DNA of 64,000 bases from Patescibacteria group bacterium (GTDB lineage Bacteria > Patescibacteriota > Patescibacteriia > SBBC01 > CAIJZX01). Numbering within the stretch: the stretch's first letter is position 1; each line of letters starts with the position of its first letter. Both the position numbers and the translations under genes were made by a program. The stretch is taken from contig JBBTRH010000005.1 in NCBI GenBank assembly GCA_038065275.1, positions 103,195 to 167,194 of the forward strand. The letters run 5' to 3'. This document shows positions 8,467 through 18,104 of the stretch, piece after piece. Below the pieces are notes generated by a model. It was not told the DNA's origin, ran no database searches, and worked only from the letters and a program-made list of their open reading frames with translations.

Positions 8467-11400
8467 CTACGGTCCGCTGGCCACCGAATTCGGCAAGGCG
8501 TTGGCGAAATCGGTCATGCCCGGCAAGGGATTCGATTGCAGACGGCCGTCAAAGATGATCAGTTCCGACGGCAACGGATTTTCCACCGTCCCCGCGTACT
8601 GCCGTTTCAACACGAATTCCTTGGCGATCATCAACCCCTTAACCTCCAGCGGATATTGATTATCGCTAGCGCTGTCGATTGTATTAATCTTTCCGGTGAC
8701 GTAATAGGCGCCGACGATTTCTTGGACGGTGTTAGCGATGGTCAGGTTGCCCTTAACCACCACCGTCAAGGAGGCCAGTTTTCTCAAGTCGCCGATAGAG
8801 GCGCTGACGTAAGACAGCGGCTGGTTGATCGTCAGATTGCCGTTGACAATCAGGATACCGGCGCCGGAACCATAGGTAGCCAGGTCCGTGGCACCGTTGG
8901 GGGTATTGCTGAACGCGACAGATGTATCAATTGTGTAGTTTGAAGTTCCGTCCCCGACGACATACACCTTGCCGCCAAGTCCGTTCAATCCTGAGGGATG
9001 ATTCATTTCCGCTATCCACGAAGTTGAGATGCTGTTATTCGTTCCACTGGAAGTTAATGTCTCAATCTTAGAACCATACTTGTTCTTATGGTTCGCCGCA
9101 TCGGTTTCCGTCTCAATCCCCTTCAAATCGAACCGGCCGAGGATATTCTGGTACGTATTCTCGGCGGAGATGAGGGGGATTCGCGAGACTCCGGGTTGTA
9201 AAGCGGACGATCCCAAAGACGAGCAGAAGCCGGTGATGGATGCGGCTGAAGTGATCAGGTAGGTGGCGTTCGGCGTACCGGTGCAGGCTTGGCTGGCGGA
9301 ACCGATCTCACCGGTGGCGTAAATGTCGCCCAGTTTGGTCTGAATGAGCCGACTGCCGCCGTAACTGGTGCTCCGGAAGTCGAGCCAGCCGAAGTCCTGG
9401 CTCCAGGCATAACCGACGAACTTCCCGGTTTCGGTGTCCAGGTTGACGCCGTACTCGGCACAGGTGGCGCCGGAAACGCTACAGACCGCTCCGATAGCGC
9501 AAGTTCCCTTATTGCCCGCGCTACAAGTAGCGTCATCGGAGCAACGCAACGACTGGTCGCCGGTGCAGAATCCCGGCGCGGTGCAGGGGCCGGTTTTACC
9601 GGCCGCCGTGCAGTTGGCTGTCGTCGCACAGTGCGTAGTAAGGTCGTCCTTACAAACGTAATAACAGGCGGCGGTGGCGGCCGTATCGGACGGGACACAA
9701 CTGCGGTTTGATGCGTCCTGGCAGAAGGCACAGTTTTTAGCATTTGTTCCTCCGCCGTCACAGTCACGGCAACCGTAGAGCGACGGTTGGCCGTCGATGA
9801 TGGCCGGGGTTGGGGAAGCGACGTCATCACCGCGCAACCGCACCCACCCGCCGTCAGCTCCGTTAGCCATGGTCATAAACCGCCCCCAGCCGGAAAGTTC
9901 ATGGGCGCCTTTGTTTTGACCGTTCTGACCCACGTAATTCGCGTTGTGTCCGGGGTTCAGGGTGTTATATTTAACGCCGAAGCTCTCGGTCGGACTGTTT
10001 GGCGGAGTCGAGTTAGAAAAATCATTGGCATTGAACGACAACCACCCGACCGGCGTGCAGGCTAAGGGACTATTACCACTCGCACCCGAGCATGTCAGTT
10101 GAATACCGGGGGGGTTTTTGAGTTTACCGGTGTTACCGTCATAATTAATAGTACCACTTTCAGTTTCCGCACCGAGGCGGCAGTCGTCATCCCGGACGCA
10201 CAAAAATCCTTCATCCTTGGCGCACCGTCCGAAACAGTCGAAATCGTTGAGACAAGAACGCGTGGTTAGCGCCCCACTGGCACGATCTGATATACAGCGG
10301 CGCGCAGTAGTATCACATACTCCACAGTCGGAATTGTAAGAGCAGGAGCGCGTGGTTAGTCCACCGCCACTTAACTTACAGAGGCGCGCAACAGTATCAC
10401 ATACTCCGGTGGTGAGGTCGTATGGGTAAGTGCTTGCATCTATCAGGGCACTCGTTGACGGCGGATTGGAACACGACCCGAGATCCAGCGTTTCTTTGTC
10501 CTCGCCGCCCCCGCTTGGCTTGCCGAACCAGCCGCGGCCGGTCAATGAACCGATCAGGGTGCTATTGCTCGATGAGATTGGTTGGCGTTCAAGGCTGATG
10601 CCGTACGATTCCGGACTGCGCTGACAGAGCGTCGGGGTGCCGGTTTCAGCGCTGACACAGCTGACGGAGATATTGCCGATTGGGGACGAAGCCGCCGGGC
10701 CCGTCGGCGAGGTGGCGCCGGCCCAGATCGTGCCGGTCAGGGTGCTTGGGGTGCGGCCAAAGAGCGTCACGCCGGTCGTATCACCAGTCGAAACAACGGT
10801 TCCCTGACCGACCGCGAAGACGTGCTGGAGGCCGACGGCGGTCATGGCGTTGACATCGTTCATGATCGAGGATGTCGCATCGGACCGCACCTTGTTCGGC
10901 AGTGATTCGGCGGTGAATGCCCCGCCGCCGAGCGCGTCGGTATTGACCATGATGCCGTTAGCGGCGATATCCTTCCCAGCGGCGATGACGGTGTACGTGT
11001 CCCGCGCCGGAATCAGCGGATTGCTTATTTCCTCGACTTTCAGGTCGTCGCAAGTAACTTTGGCTCCGTAGGTGGCCTCGCAACGGACTTCGAGGACCAT
11101 CCGGCGTGGGGTGAGGCTAGCACCTTGACTGGCATAAATTGAAGAGAAAATCCGGTCTTCGCGCGAGAAGGTCAGGTCGATGGCCCGCCAGCCGTTCGTC
11201 CCATTGTGCGATCCATCGTCGACCGTAATGTACTTGCGGTTACTCAACGAGCAGTTGACGAATCCCGCTTGGCCGTACTTGATGTAGTTATTCGCCGCTC
11301 CGGCGCAACCGATGGCGACGCCGCCTTGCGGGGCCGGGGGGACAGGATACCAGACGGGCAAGGCCGGAAACTCTACCTTGACCCAACCGGTCAGGCGGAA

Positions 11401-12816
11401 CTTCTGCCCTTCGATCGTGGAGAGGTCGATCCGCTGGGTCATACCTTCGGTGTAGTACAGATCCAAATTCGCGTTGTTGCAAGTATTGTCATTGATGTAA
11501 CTTGGACTCGGTTGAATGACAACCGCGGTGTTGAGTCCCTCCGACTGGCCCTCAGCCATCCAGTAGTCGGCTGAGTTCGAAACGCAATTACCCGTACCAT
11601 CTTTATGATAGTGGGGAGCGGCATCGTAAAACAACCAGCCGTCAGGTAGGGAAGATGTAGACGACGTCGTGTGATTATCAAAATTGCCATTCGATAGGAG
11701 CGAGGTGCCGGTCCCGCCGCGATCGCGAATAGCCGTGACGGCATAGTACGGTTTACCGCTCGTTCCGGTGATCAGTGTTGTTGACGAACCCCCCGTAGCC
11801 TCATCGTACTTATATATTCCATCCGAGGCGGCGATCCACAACACGTTGCGGAGTGGGCCGCTCGTGCCGGGATCCGTTGACCGCGTCCCGACGGCTAAAC
11901 CATAGCCGCATTTACCATCAATGCTTGCGATTTGGGTCCAAGAATTTATCGCGCTGGTTGATACCTTATAGAGATATGTCTTTCGTCCACTGCCCGTGCA
12001 ATCACGATAATACGGCGCCATGGGCAGGCCATCTGAATCATTTGAGAATATCGTGGTCAGAATGTAAGCCGTGTTGTAATTCGTGAACCGGATGGCGGTA
12101 ACGTTTTCGCCGGATATTCCCGTATGCCCCACGCCTCCGTCAATGACGGCCGGAGTAATAATTTCCCAGTTAGCGCTCCCGGCGGTCTTCGCCACCAATC
12201 CGGCCTGGCCTCCGGCGATAACCGTCCCATTGTACGTCTGCGCGGCATCAATGGTATAAAAGTCTCGATTAGTATTCGTATTGTTTTCAGTGATGGTGCT
12301 TACTTGGAATTGTCCTGGGTATGGTGAATTGATATTACCGGGCGTGCGGTAATAGGTAGGGATCGTGGCTATACGACTGTCGGAGCCAACTACCCACAGC
12401 GGGTTTGGATTCCCTTCGCCGTTATTCTCTTGGCCAACGACCGCGTTCAAGCTGTAGACCGAAGCGCTATTGGCGAACGGCGCCGCGACTCTTGACCAAC
12501 GAGCGCCGTCGAAAAAGTAGAAGACGCCGTTCGTGTCGGAATTTGTGTTCGACTTGTCGACGCCAACGGCGTAAGCTTCGTATCGGTTGTACTCCGCGAG
12601 ATATTTGAACCCGCGATTAAACGCCCAGACACCGCGGAACTCGACCTGCTCGAGCGAATTCGTCGTATCGATGAACGGCACTTCGAATTCGGCTAAGGAC
12701 GAGCGGCCAAGCGCGGCCGCGGCCGCGAGCACGACCAGGATTACCCCGGGTCGCCAGATGCGCCAACGCGTTAGGAGCGGTCGGGACGGTTTGTTAGTTG
12801 GGCGTCGGAGAATCAT
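8467..12816 (-). CDS. Large secreted multidomain Cys-rich protein (propeller-like, CBM-like, PilX-like C-terminus)
   Basis: Signal/TM segment follows ATG 12816. Contains SNGNFD..GW, GYAWSQDFGWLDF, Cys modules and C-terminal VKGNLTI...LEVKG. Confidence 0.75.
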   Translation of the reverse strand: MILRRPTNKPSRPLLTRWRIWRPGVILVVLAAAAALGRSSLAEFEVPFIDTTNSLEQVEFRGVWAFNRGFKYLAEYNRYEAYAVGVDKSNTNSDTNGVFYFFDGARWSRVAAPFANSASVYSLNAVVGQENNGEGNPNPLWVVGSDSRIATIPTYYRTPGNINSPYPGQFQVSTITENNTNTNRDFYTIDAAQTYNGTVIAGGQAGLVAKTAGSANWEIITPAVIDGGVGHTGISGENVTAIRFTNYNTAYILTTIFSNDSDGLPMAPYYRDCTGSGRKTYLYKVSTSAINSWTQIASIDGKCGYGLAVGTRSTDPGTSGPLRNVLWIAASDGIYKYDEATGGSSTTLITGTSGKPYYAVTAIRDRGGTGTSLLSNGNFDNHTTSSTSSLPDGWLFYDAAPHYHKDGTGNCVSNSADYWMAEGQSEGLNTAVVIQPSPSYINDNTCNNANLDLYYTEGMTQRIDLSTIEGQKFRLTGWVKVEFPALPVWYPVPPAPQGGVAIGCAGAANNYIKYGQAGFVNCSLSNRKYITVDDGSHNGTNGWRAIDLTFSREDRIFSSIYASQGASLTPRRMVLEVRCEATYGAKVTCDDLKVEEISNPLIPARDTYTVIAAGKDIAANGIMVNTDALGGGAFTAESLPNKVRSDATSSIMNDVNAMTAVGLQHVFAVGQGTVVSTGDTTGVTLFGRTPSTLTGTIWAGATSPTGPAASSPIGNISVSCVSAETGTPTLCQRSPESYGISLERQPISSSNSTLIGSLTGRGWFGKPSGGGEDKETLDLGSCSNPPSTSALIDASTYPYDLTTGVCDTVARLCKLSGGGLTTRSCSYNSDCGVCDTTARRCISDRASGALTTRSCLNDFDCFGRCAKDEGFLCVRDDDCRLGAETESGTINYDGNTGKLKNPPGIQLTCSGASGNSPLACTPVGWLSFNANDFSNSTPPNSPTESFGVKYNTLNPGHNANYVGQNGQNKGAHELSGWGRFMTMANGADGGWVRLRGDDVASPTPAIIDGQPSLYGCRDCDGGGTNAKNCAFCQDASNRSCVPSDTAATAACYYVCKDDLTTHCATTANCTAAGKTGPCTAPGFCTGDQSLRCSDDATCSAGNKGTCAIGAVCSVSGATCAEYGVNLDTETGKFVGYAWSQDFGWLDFRSTSYGGSRLIQTKLGDIYATGEIGSASQACTGTPNATYLITSAASITGFCSSLGSSALQPGVSRIPLISAENTYQNILGRFDLKGIETETDAANHKNKYGSKIETLTSSGTNNSISTSWIAEMNHPSGLNGLGGKVYVVGDGTSNYTIDTSVAFSNTPNGATDLATYGSGAGILIVNGNLTINQPLSYVSASIGDLRKLASLTVVVKGNLTIANTVQEIVGAYYVTGKINTIDSASDNQYPLEVKGLMIAKEFVLKRQYAGTVENPLPSELIIFDGRLQSNPLPGMTDFANALPNSVASGP

Positions 12817-12818
12817 TT

Positions 12819-14120
12819 TTACCGCGGAGGAATAATGGGTTCCTCGTCGTCGCCCCCCCCGTCGCCCACGACGGTTCCGGTCGGAGTGGCCGAGGCAGAC
12901 AAGGCGGTTGAGTACCGCGGGTAGGGGTTCCCCTGATAGGCGCGGTAAGTGTAGGTCGTGTTGGCGATTAGGCCGTAGCCGGTATCGAAGAAGGAAGAAA
13001 GCGTGTTTTGGCCGTGGGTCTCGGCGTGGACGACCGCGAACGAACTCATGCCGCCGACCGCGTAAGTTAGGCCGTCGGCCGGCGCGAAGGTAAAATTCGG
13101 ATTGTCCGAACGGACGACCAGAACATTGACCGATCCCGCCGGCGATTGGCTGGCGGTGCGAAACGTCAGGCTGACCTGATTGTCGATTCCGGGCGTGGCC
13201 GTCGCCGTAAAAGAGGTCAGCGGGTTCACGGCCGCGCAATCAATCGCACAATTGTTCGCCGTTTCCGGAGCTGACCCGCCGGCGCTACAGAGGCCGTCGC
13301 CGCACTTCAGGTTAAGAGGAATATCGATCGGGTCGCCGAGGGTGATGGAGCCGGCGTTGAAGGCTGAAGCCAGGTTGACACTGCCGCTTTCGGTAACGGT
13401 CGTGGTCGAGGTTTGCAAAGTCAGTTTGTCGGCGGTCGACGCGGCGGGGATGTCCGTCCAACTGCTGATGCAGTCCGTCGGACCGGTACCGTTTAAGCAC
13501 AGGCGTCCCGAGGCACCCGATATACTCGGATTAATCGCCACCCGGCCGAAGAAATTTCCGGCGTAGTTGTCAATATTGAGACCGTCGGCAAACAAAGTGC
13601 TTAAACTGTTGCTGGACGGGCCGAGACGGAAGGTGTACGGGTTAGTTACCGATGCCGCCCCTTCCATCCGCACATAGCCATAACCCGGCTGGGGATTGGG
13701 GAGGTTAAGGTTGTCGAAACCGCTTGTAATCAAAGTTACGAACGATTCGGTCGCGGCGCCGGACAGGTCGCCCCAACTCTTGATGCATTTTGTCGTATCG
13801 TCAATAACAGCCGCGGCGTTCAGACACAGTTGGGCGCATACATTTCTATTACCACCAACCGCCAAGTCGCAAGTTGGTGAGCCAACTTGACTGCTACCCA
13901 ATATTAACGACCCGAGCTTCTGCTGGGCGACCGCTGACGCGTTGAGCGGTTTTGCGGTTTGGCCGCCGGGAGGCGGGGCGGTCGGATTGACAAGCAGGGC
14001 ATGGCTAATGAAGAACGGCCAAGCGCCTAGGCCGACGATGACCGCGGCGGCGAGCCAAACCGCCCTGGATCGGCGAAGTGTCTTACTAAGGGTGATCATT
14101 TGGTTCGAGGGTCTAGTCAT
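12819..14120 (-). CDS. Secreted Cys-rich protein, paralog 1
   Basis: Signal peptide; PLN...QQK.GSL, LCLN...CI.SW twice, CGDG.CS...C..DC, FN3-like C-terminus. Confidence 0.75.
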   Translation of the reverse strand: MTRPSNQMITLSKTLRRSRAVWLAAAVIVGLGAWPFFISHALLVNPTAPPPGGQTAKPLNASAVAQQKLGSLILGSSQVGSPTCDLAVGGNRNVCAQLCLNAAAVIDDTTKCIKSWGDLSGAATESFVTLITSGFDNLNLPNPQPGYGYVRMEGAASVTNPYTFRLGPSSNSLSTLFADGLNIDNYAGNFFGRVAINPSISGASGRLCLNGTGPTDCISSWTDIPAASTADKLTLQTSTTTVTESGSVNLASAFNAGSITLGDPIDIPLNLKCGDGLCSAGGSAPETANNCAIDCAAVNPLTSFTATATPGIDNQVSLTFRTASQSPAGSVNVLVVRSDNPNFTFAPADGLTYAVGGMSSFAVVHAETHGQNTLSSFFDTGYGLIANTTYTYRAYQGNPYPRYSTALSASATPTGTVVGDGGGDDEEPIIPPR

Positions 14121-14126
14121 GACGGA

Positions 14127-15761
14127 TCAGTCTCCTTCCTTGCCGCCGCCACCGCCTCCACCTCCACCTCCGCCGCCACCGCCTCCATCCGACGGAGCGA
14201 CGTTTAATTGGACGGATTTATTACCGCTGAGCTTGACCGTGCAGGTGGTCATGGTCAGCTGGTCACAGCCGCCCCATCCGGTGACAACGTAATCGGCGTC
14301 GATTGAGTTGACGGTCAGCGTCTCGGTGACGCCACGGTTATAGAGGGCCGCGCAGGAGCCGGGACAAGCGATGTTGCCGATTGTGCCGACCACCGACGCC
14401 TTGGTCTGGTTGGCCTGGTCGTTGATGCTGACCGTCAGTTGAACCGGCGTGATGGCCGCGGCTACCGTGGGCGTCGAATACCGCGGGTAAGCGTTGGCCT
14501 GGTAGGCTTGGTAGTAATACGTAGTGCCGGAGACGGGCGAGGTATCGGTCCAGTTATAGGCCCAGTTGATGTTTGGGTCCACCCTTATGATGGTGTCATT
14601 GCCGATGGTTGTTCCGGCGGTATAGGCGGTGCCATTAACCGGGCGGAAGACCGGCGGGTTCGGAGACGAGCGGACAATTAGGACGGTAACCTGGGAGCCG
14701 ACCGTCATTGACAGTTTAACATTCGGTTGGGGGAAGGCGGCCGTCAAGGCGGCGGTGAATTGCGCGGGCGACGGGACGGCGGCGCAGTCGATTGGACAGA
14801 AGGAGTCATTTTCATTGCTACTACAGACACCGTCACCGCAGGTATATGTCACATTTATTCCCGTCGGGTCGCCCAGGACCGCCGACCCGAAGCTAGCGTG
14901 GCCGCTAATGGAGGCGCCGCCGCCGAAAGTATTTTGTGTGGCTGGTGGATCACGCTGGACATAGTTTTTCGCCAGCGTGATATCGTTCCAACTGCTGATA
15001 CAGTACTGTGGTAAGACATCGGGGCCGAGGCAGATTTTGCCGGATTGGGGGGGGTTGTCGACCGCCCCGACGTAAACCCTGCCGTTGAACGATCCGGCCC
15101 AATTGGAGTTGCCGAAATTACCACCGTTGGCGTAGACCGCGGTAGCCGTGTAGCCGCAGTCGCTGTTCTTCGTACAACTCATCCCGTTGTTCAGACAAGT
15201 ACCCGGCGGTATTTGCGGTATTTGGCAAAAGACGACAGCCGGAGCTCTAACGATGGCGGCGGCGGCCTGATTACCACTCGCTTGTACATCAGCAAAACCG
15301 GACTGGGACTCGTAGGTGGTCGGAAATAAAGCCGACCCGAGCAGGATTAGGTTAGTTTTTAATCCGAGATATTGAGGCAAGGTGCCGGATAAATCGCTCC
15401 AAGAAGATACGCAATTCGCCGAATCATTCTCCCCCGCGACGGCATCGGCGTTCAGACACAACTTGCTGGTTGTCGTTCCATCGGGTCCGATTAGCAATGA
15501 GTCGGTTTTTTGCTGGGTGTTCGGACCGGCGTTCAGCGGCGGTGAAATGGAGTCAGACGAAGGAGGAATCGCCGTCACGGCTAAAGTCTGGGCGGCGCCC
15601 GAGACGGCCAGCCACCCGCCGGCGATCATTAAGACAATTAGGATGAGGCTCCGCGGGCTTACACCCATGGTATCTTTAGCTCTTGGGGCGGAGCGGAATC
15701 CGCCGAAGTCCCGCCGAGCGGGACGAAGGCGGATGAGAATGGATGGCCGTCCGTCGTTCAT
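14127..15761 (-). CDS. Secreted Cys-rich protein, paralog 2, with poly-Gly tail
   Basis: Same motifs as its neighbours plus a W.G.C module. Start chosen at the ATGA overlap (15758-15761). Confidence 0.75.
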   Translation of the reverse strand: MNDGRPSILIRLRPARRDFGGFRSAPRAKDTMGVSPRSLILIVLMIAGGWLAVSGAAQTLAVTAIPPSSDSISPPLNAGPNTQQKTDSLLIGPDGTTTSKLCLNADAVAGENDSANCVSSWSDLSGTLPQYLGLKTNLILLGSALFPTTYESQSGFADVQASGNQAAAAIVRAPAVVFCQIPQIPPGTCLNNGMSCTKNSDCGYTATAVYANGGNFGNSNWAGSFNGRVYVGAVDNPPQSGKICLGPDVLPQYCISSWNDITLAKNYVQRDPPATQNTFGGGASISGHASFGSAVLGDPTGINVTYTCGDGVCSSNENDSFCPIDCAAVPSPAQFTAALTAAFPQPNVKLSMTVGSQVTVLIVRSSPNPPVFRPVNGTAYTAGTTIGNDTIIRVDPNINWAYNWTDTSPVSGTTYYYQAYQANAYPRYSTPTVAAAITPVQLTVSINDQANQTKASVVGTIGNIACPGSCAALYNRGVTETLTVNSIDADYVVTGWGGCDQLTMTTCTVKLSGNKSVQLNVAPSDGGGGGGGGGGGGGGGKEGD

Positions 15762-16732
15762 GGGACAATCGGCAATTTGCAATCAGCTGAACAGTTCTGT
15801 CGCGTTTCGTTGTTGACGATACTGCAGATTCCGTCGCCGCAACTGAAGTCGGACGATGTCGCGGACGTCGGTCCGCCGGCGACCAGCGATCCGGCCACCA
15901 GCGACCCGCCAGCCGCCGTGTTCCCCGAGTCGGAAGTTATCCTTTGGTCTAAGCCGAGATTCTGCAGGCGGACGATGGCCGCTTGGCTGGCGGTAATATC
16001 AGTCCAATTCGATATGCAGTCGTTGTCATTCAGGTTGCCATTCAGACTATCATTCAGGCAGATCTGTTGCTGGCCGCCGACCACGGCCAGCCGGCCGGCG
16101 AAGGTAGCGGCGTAACTGGCGTCCGTCAGAGCTTCACTGTATATGCCGGTCGGCGTGTTTGCAGACGCCGAGTCCGGCGCTTCGGCGATCAAGGTAATGA
16201 GTTGGGCGTTTTGGTTGCTTGAACTATAGGTATACGGCTTGGCTTGGATGGAAAACGCGCCGTTATCAATGGTATCGCCAGGCGGATCTGGGATGGCGTT
16301 ATCCGAGTGGGCCGGATTGTCTTGTCTGCGGACGTACGAGCCGCCACTACTTATCAGCCTGCTGGTTAGCATCGGCCACGAAGTAATACAGTTTCCGGTT
16401 GCCGGGTTGGAGTCGGTTGTCCCGGGGAAATTCGTCAGGTCGGGATTCAAGCATAGGCGACTGCATCCCGTTTCGCTGTCGGTGGTACAGTTCGAGAGCG
16501 CCCCGTTCCGTTCGCCGATCAGGAGACTGCCCTTTTTTTGCTGGGCGAACGCGGCACCGTTAATGAATTCGGGAATTTCGACAGTACTGACATTGTACTG
16601 CGGCGGGTTAGACAACGGTTCAGAATACGCGGCGTAACCGAAATCCGGGTGAAGAAGGGTCAGCCCCGATATGCCTCCGATGACGACCGCGGCTATCCAA
16701 AGTGTAGGGTTGTTTCGTGGTTTTGATGTCAT
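15758..16732 (-). CDS. Secreted Cys-rich protein, paralog 3
   Basis: QQKKGSL, LCLN...CITSW, CGDGICS. Start ATG 16732 lies downstream of the promoter. Confidence 0.75.
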   Translation of the reverse strand: MTSKPRNNPTLWIAAVVIGGISGLTLLHPDFGYAAYSEPLSNPPQYNVSTVEIPEFINGAAFAQQKKGSLLIGERNGALSNCTTDSETGCSRLCLNPDLTNFPGTTDSNPATGNCITSWPMLTSRLISSGGSYVRRQDNPAHSDNAIPDPPGDTIDNGAFSIQAKPYTYSSSNQNAQLITLIAEAPDSASANTPTGIYSEALTDASYAATFAGRLAVVGGQQQICLNDSLNGNLNDNDCISNWTDITASQAAIVRLQNLGLDQRITSDSGNTAAGGSLVAGSLVAGGPTSATSSDFSCGDGICSIVNNETRQNCSADCKLPIVP

Positions 16733-16757
16733 GACGGAATCAATAATCCGCACTAGT

Positions 16758-16786
16758 ACTATACCACACAACACCGGTCCTGGCAA
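16758..16786 (-). promoter_or_regulatory. Sigma70-type promoter
   Basis: TTGCCA-17 nt-TATAGT, preceded by TGTGG. Confidence 0.65.
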
Positions 16787-16889
16787 CCCCGACGTTATAA
16801 GTTACATATCGTTACCGAGCGCAAATTCCGACCTGGCCGATCTGGAGAAAAGGGGGTATACTATGCTTGTCAATCGCCCACAATACCGT

Positions 16890-17504
16890 ATGCCGACCAC
16901 CCCCCCGCCGCCTGCTCCGCTTGTCCGCCGTAGTCCCAAGGACGAAGGAGGACTTGTCCGCCGACCTGTCCGCCAAAGCTTTAGCGTCGGCGGAAGTTTT
17001 AACGTAGGCGGGCTTGCCCGCCGTAGTCCCGCGGACGAAGGCGGGCCTGTCCGCCAAAGCCTTGGCGTCGGCGGACCCGTTCGCCGTTGGCCGTGGGAAG
17101 TTCTGGCTGGGTTTGGTATCGTCATCATCGCCGTCATCGTCACCCTCGTCACTCGCCCGCGGCCGCCGGCGGCGTCGGTTAGCGGTCAACCGTTGACGCG
17201 GCTGGCCGGCGTGCCCGACTCGTACTCCGACTTCGCCGGCAAGATCGTGTCGCTTGACGGGACGCGGCTGACCGTTAATTTCCGCGGCTGGGGCGCCGAC
17301 GGCCGCCTGTTCGATAAAATCTATCTCGTCCAGGTTGATCCGGCGACCGAACTGCAGATCCTTGACACGGTCAACGGCGAACGGCAAAAACGCCCCTTGA
17401 AACTGGCCGATCTCAAGCCCGACGACACGGTGCTGGTCAGCGGTGACGGCAACCTGGCCACGCAATCAAGTTTTACCGCCACCAAACTTTACCTCTACCA
17501 ATAA
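16890..17504 (+). CDS. Single-TM hypothetical protein with in-frame palindromic repeat insertion
   Basis: TM helix and DUF5666-like C-terminus (LADLKPDDTVLVSG). Start uncertain (16863 or 16890); TATACT at 16857. Confidence 0.65.
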   Translation: MPTTPPPPAPLVRRSPKDEGGLVRRPVRQSFSVGGSFNVGGLARRSPADEGGPVRQSLGVGGPVRRWPWEVLAGFGIVIIAVIVTLVTRPRPPAASVSGQPLTRLAGVPDSYSDFAGKIVSLDGTRLTVNFRGWGADGRLFDKIYLVQVDPATELQILDTVNGERQKRPLKLADLKPDDTVLVSGDGNLATQSSFTATKLYLYQ

Positions 17505-17543
17505 TCATCAATTAACTCAATCACTAACCGACTGCCCTCGTTT

Positions 17544-18098
17544 ATGAACTATCTCATTACTATCGGTGCGATCGTCGTCCTTTTTCTGCTCTGGTTATGG
17601 ATGGCCTATAACGGCCTGATCCGCCTGAAGAACCAAACCGACGAAGCCTGGTCGGACATCGACGTCCAGCTCAAGCGCCGCTACGACCTGATCCCCAATC
17701 TGGTTGAGACGGTCAAAGGCTACGCCGCTCACGAACGGACCGCGTTCGAGAATGTGACTAAGGCCCGCGCCGCCGCCATGGGGGCCGCGACGCCGGAGGC
17801 CAAAGGTCAAGCCGAGAATATGCTCAGCGGCGCTTTGAAGACGATTTTCGCCCTGGCTGAAGCTTATCCCGACCTGAAGGCCAACCAGAATTTCGCCAAA
17901 CTGCAGGACGAGCTGTCCGACACCGAGAATAAAATCCAGGCCGCGCGGCGATTCTACAACGGCAACGTCCGCGATCTGAACACCCGCGTCGAATCCTTCC
18001 CGACTAATATGTTCGCGAAGCAACTCGGATTTAGTCAGCGCGAATTCTTCGAAGTCGGGAACGAAGCGGAGAAAGCCCCGGTCAAAGTGCAGTTTTAA
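17544..18098 (+). CDS. lemA: LemA family protein
   Basis: YNGLIRL, WSDIDVQLKRRYDLIPNLV, AEAYPDLKAN, ARRFYN. Confidence 0.97.
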   Translation: MNYLITIGAIVVLFLLWLWMAYNGLIRLKNQTDEAWSDIDVQLKRRYDLIPNLVETVKGYAAHERTAFENVTKARAAAMGAATPEAKGQAENMLSGALKTIFALAEAYPDLKANQNFAKLQDELSDTENKIQAARRFYNGNVRDLNTRVESFPTNMFAKQLGFSQREFFEVGNEAEKAPVKVQF

Positions 18099-18104
18099 GC
18101 GGTC

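Noticed and set aside
199-8943. Numerous plus-strand ORFs antisense to pil genes (and similar ones window-wide, e.g. 42825-44237)
   Set aside because: These are shadow ORFs expected from GC-rich codon usage, with no recognisable motifs.
12817-13239. N-terminal extension of the 1590-aa ORF
   Set aside because: It overlaps the upstream gene in another frame; the signal peptide follows ATG 12816.
14143-14187. Poly-Gly tract as a phase-variation repeat
   Set aside because: It uses mixed Gly codons, stays in frame and lies at the C-terminus, so it is not a frameshifting tract.
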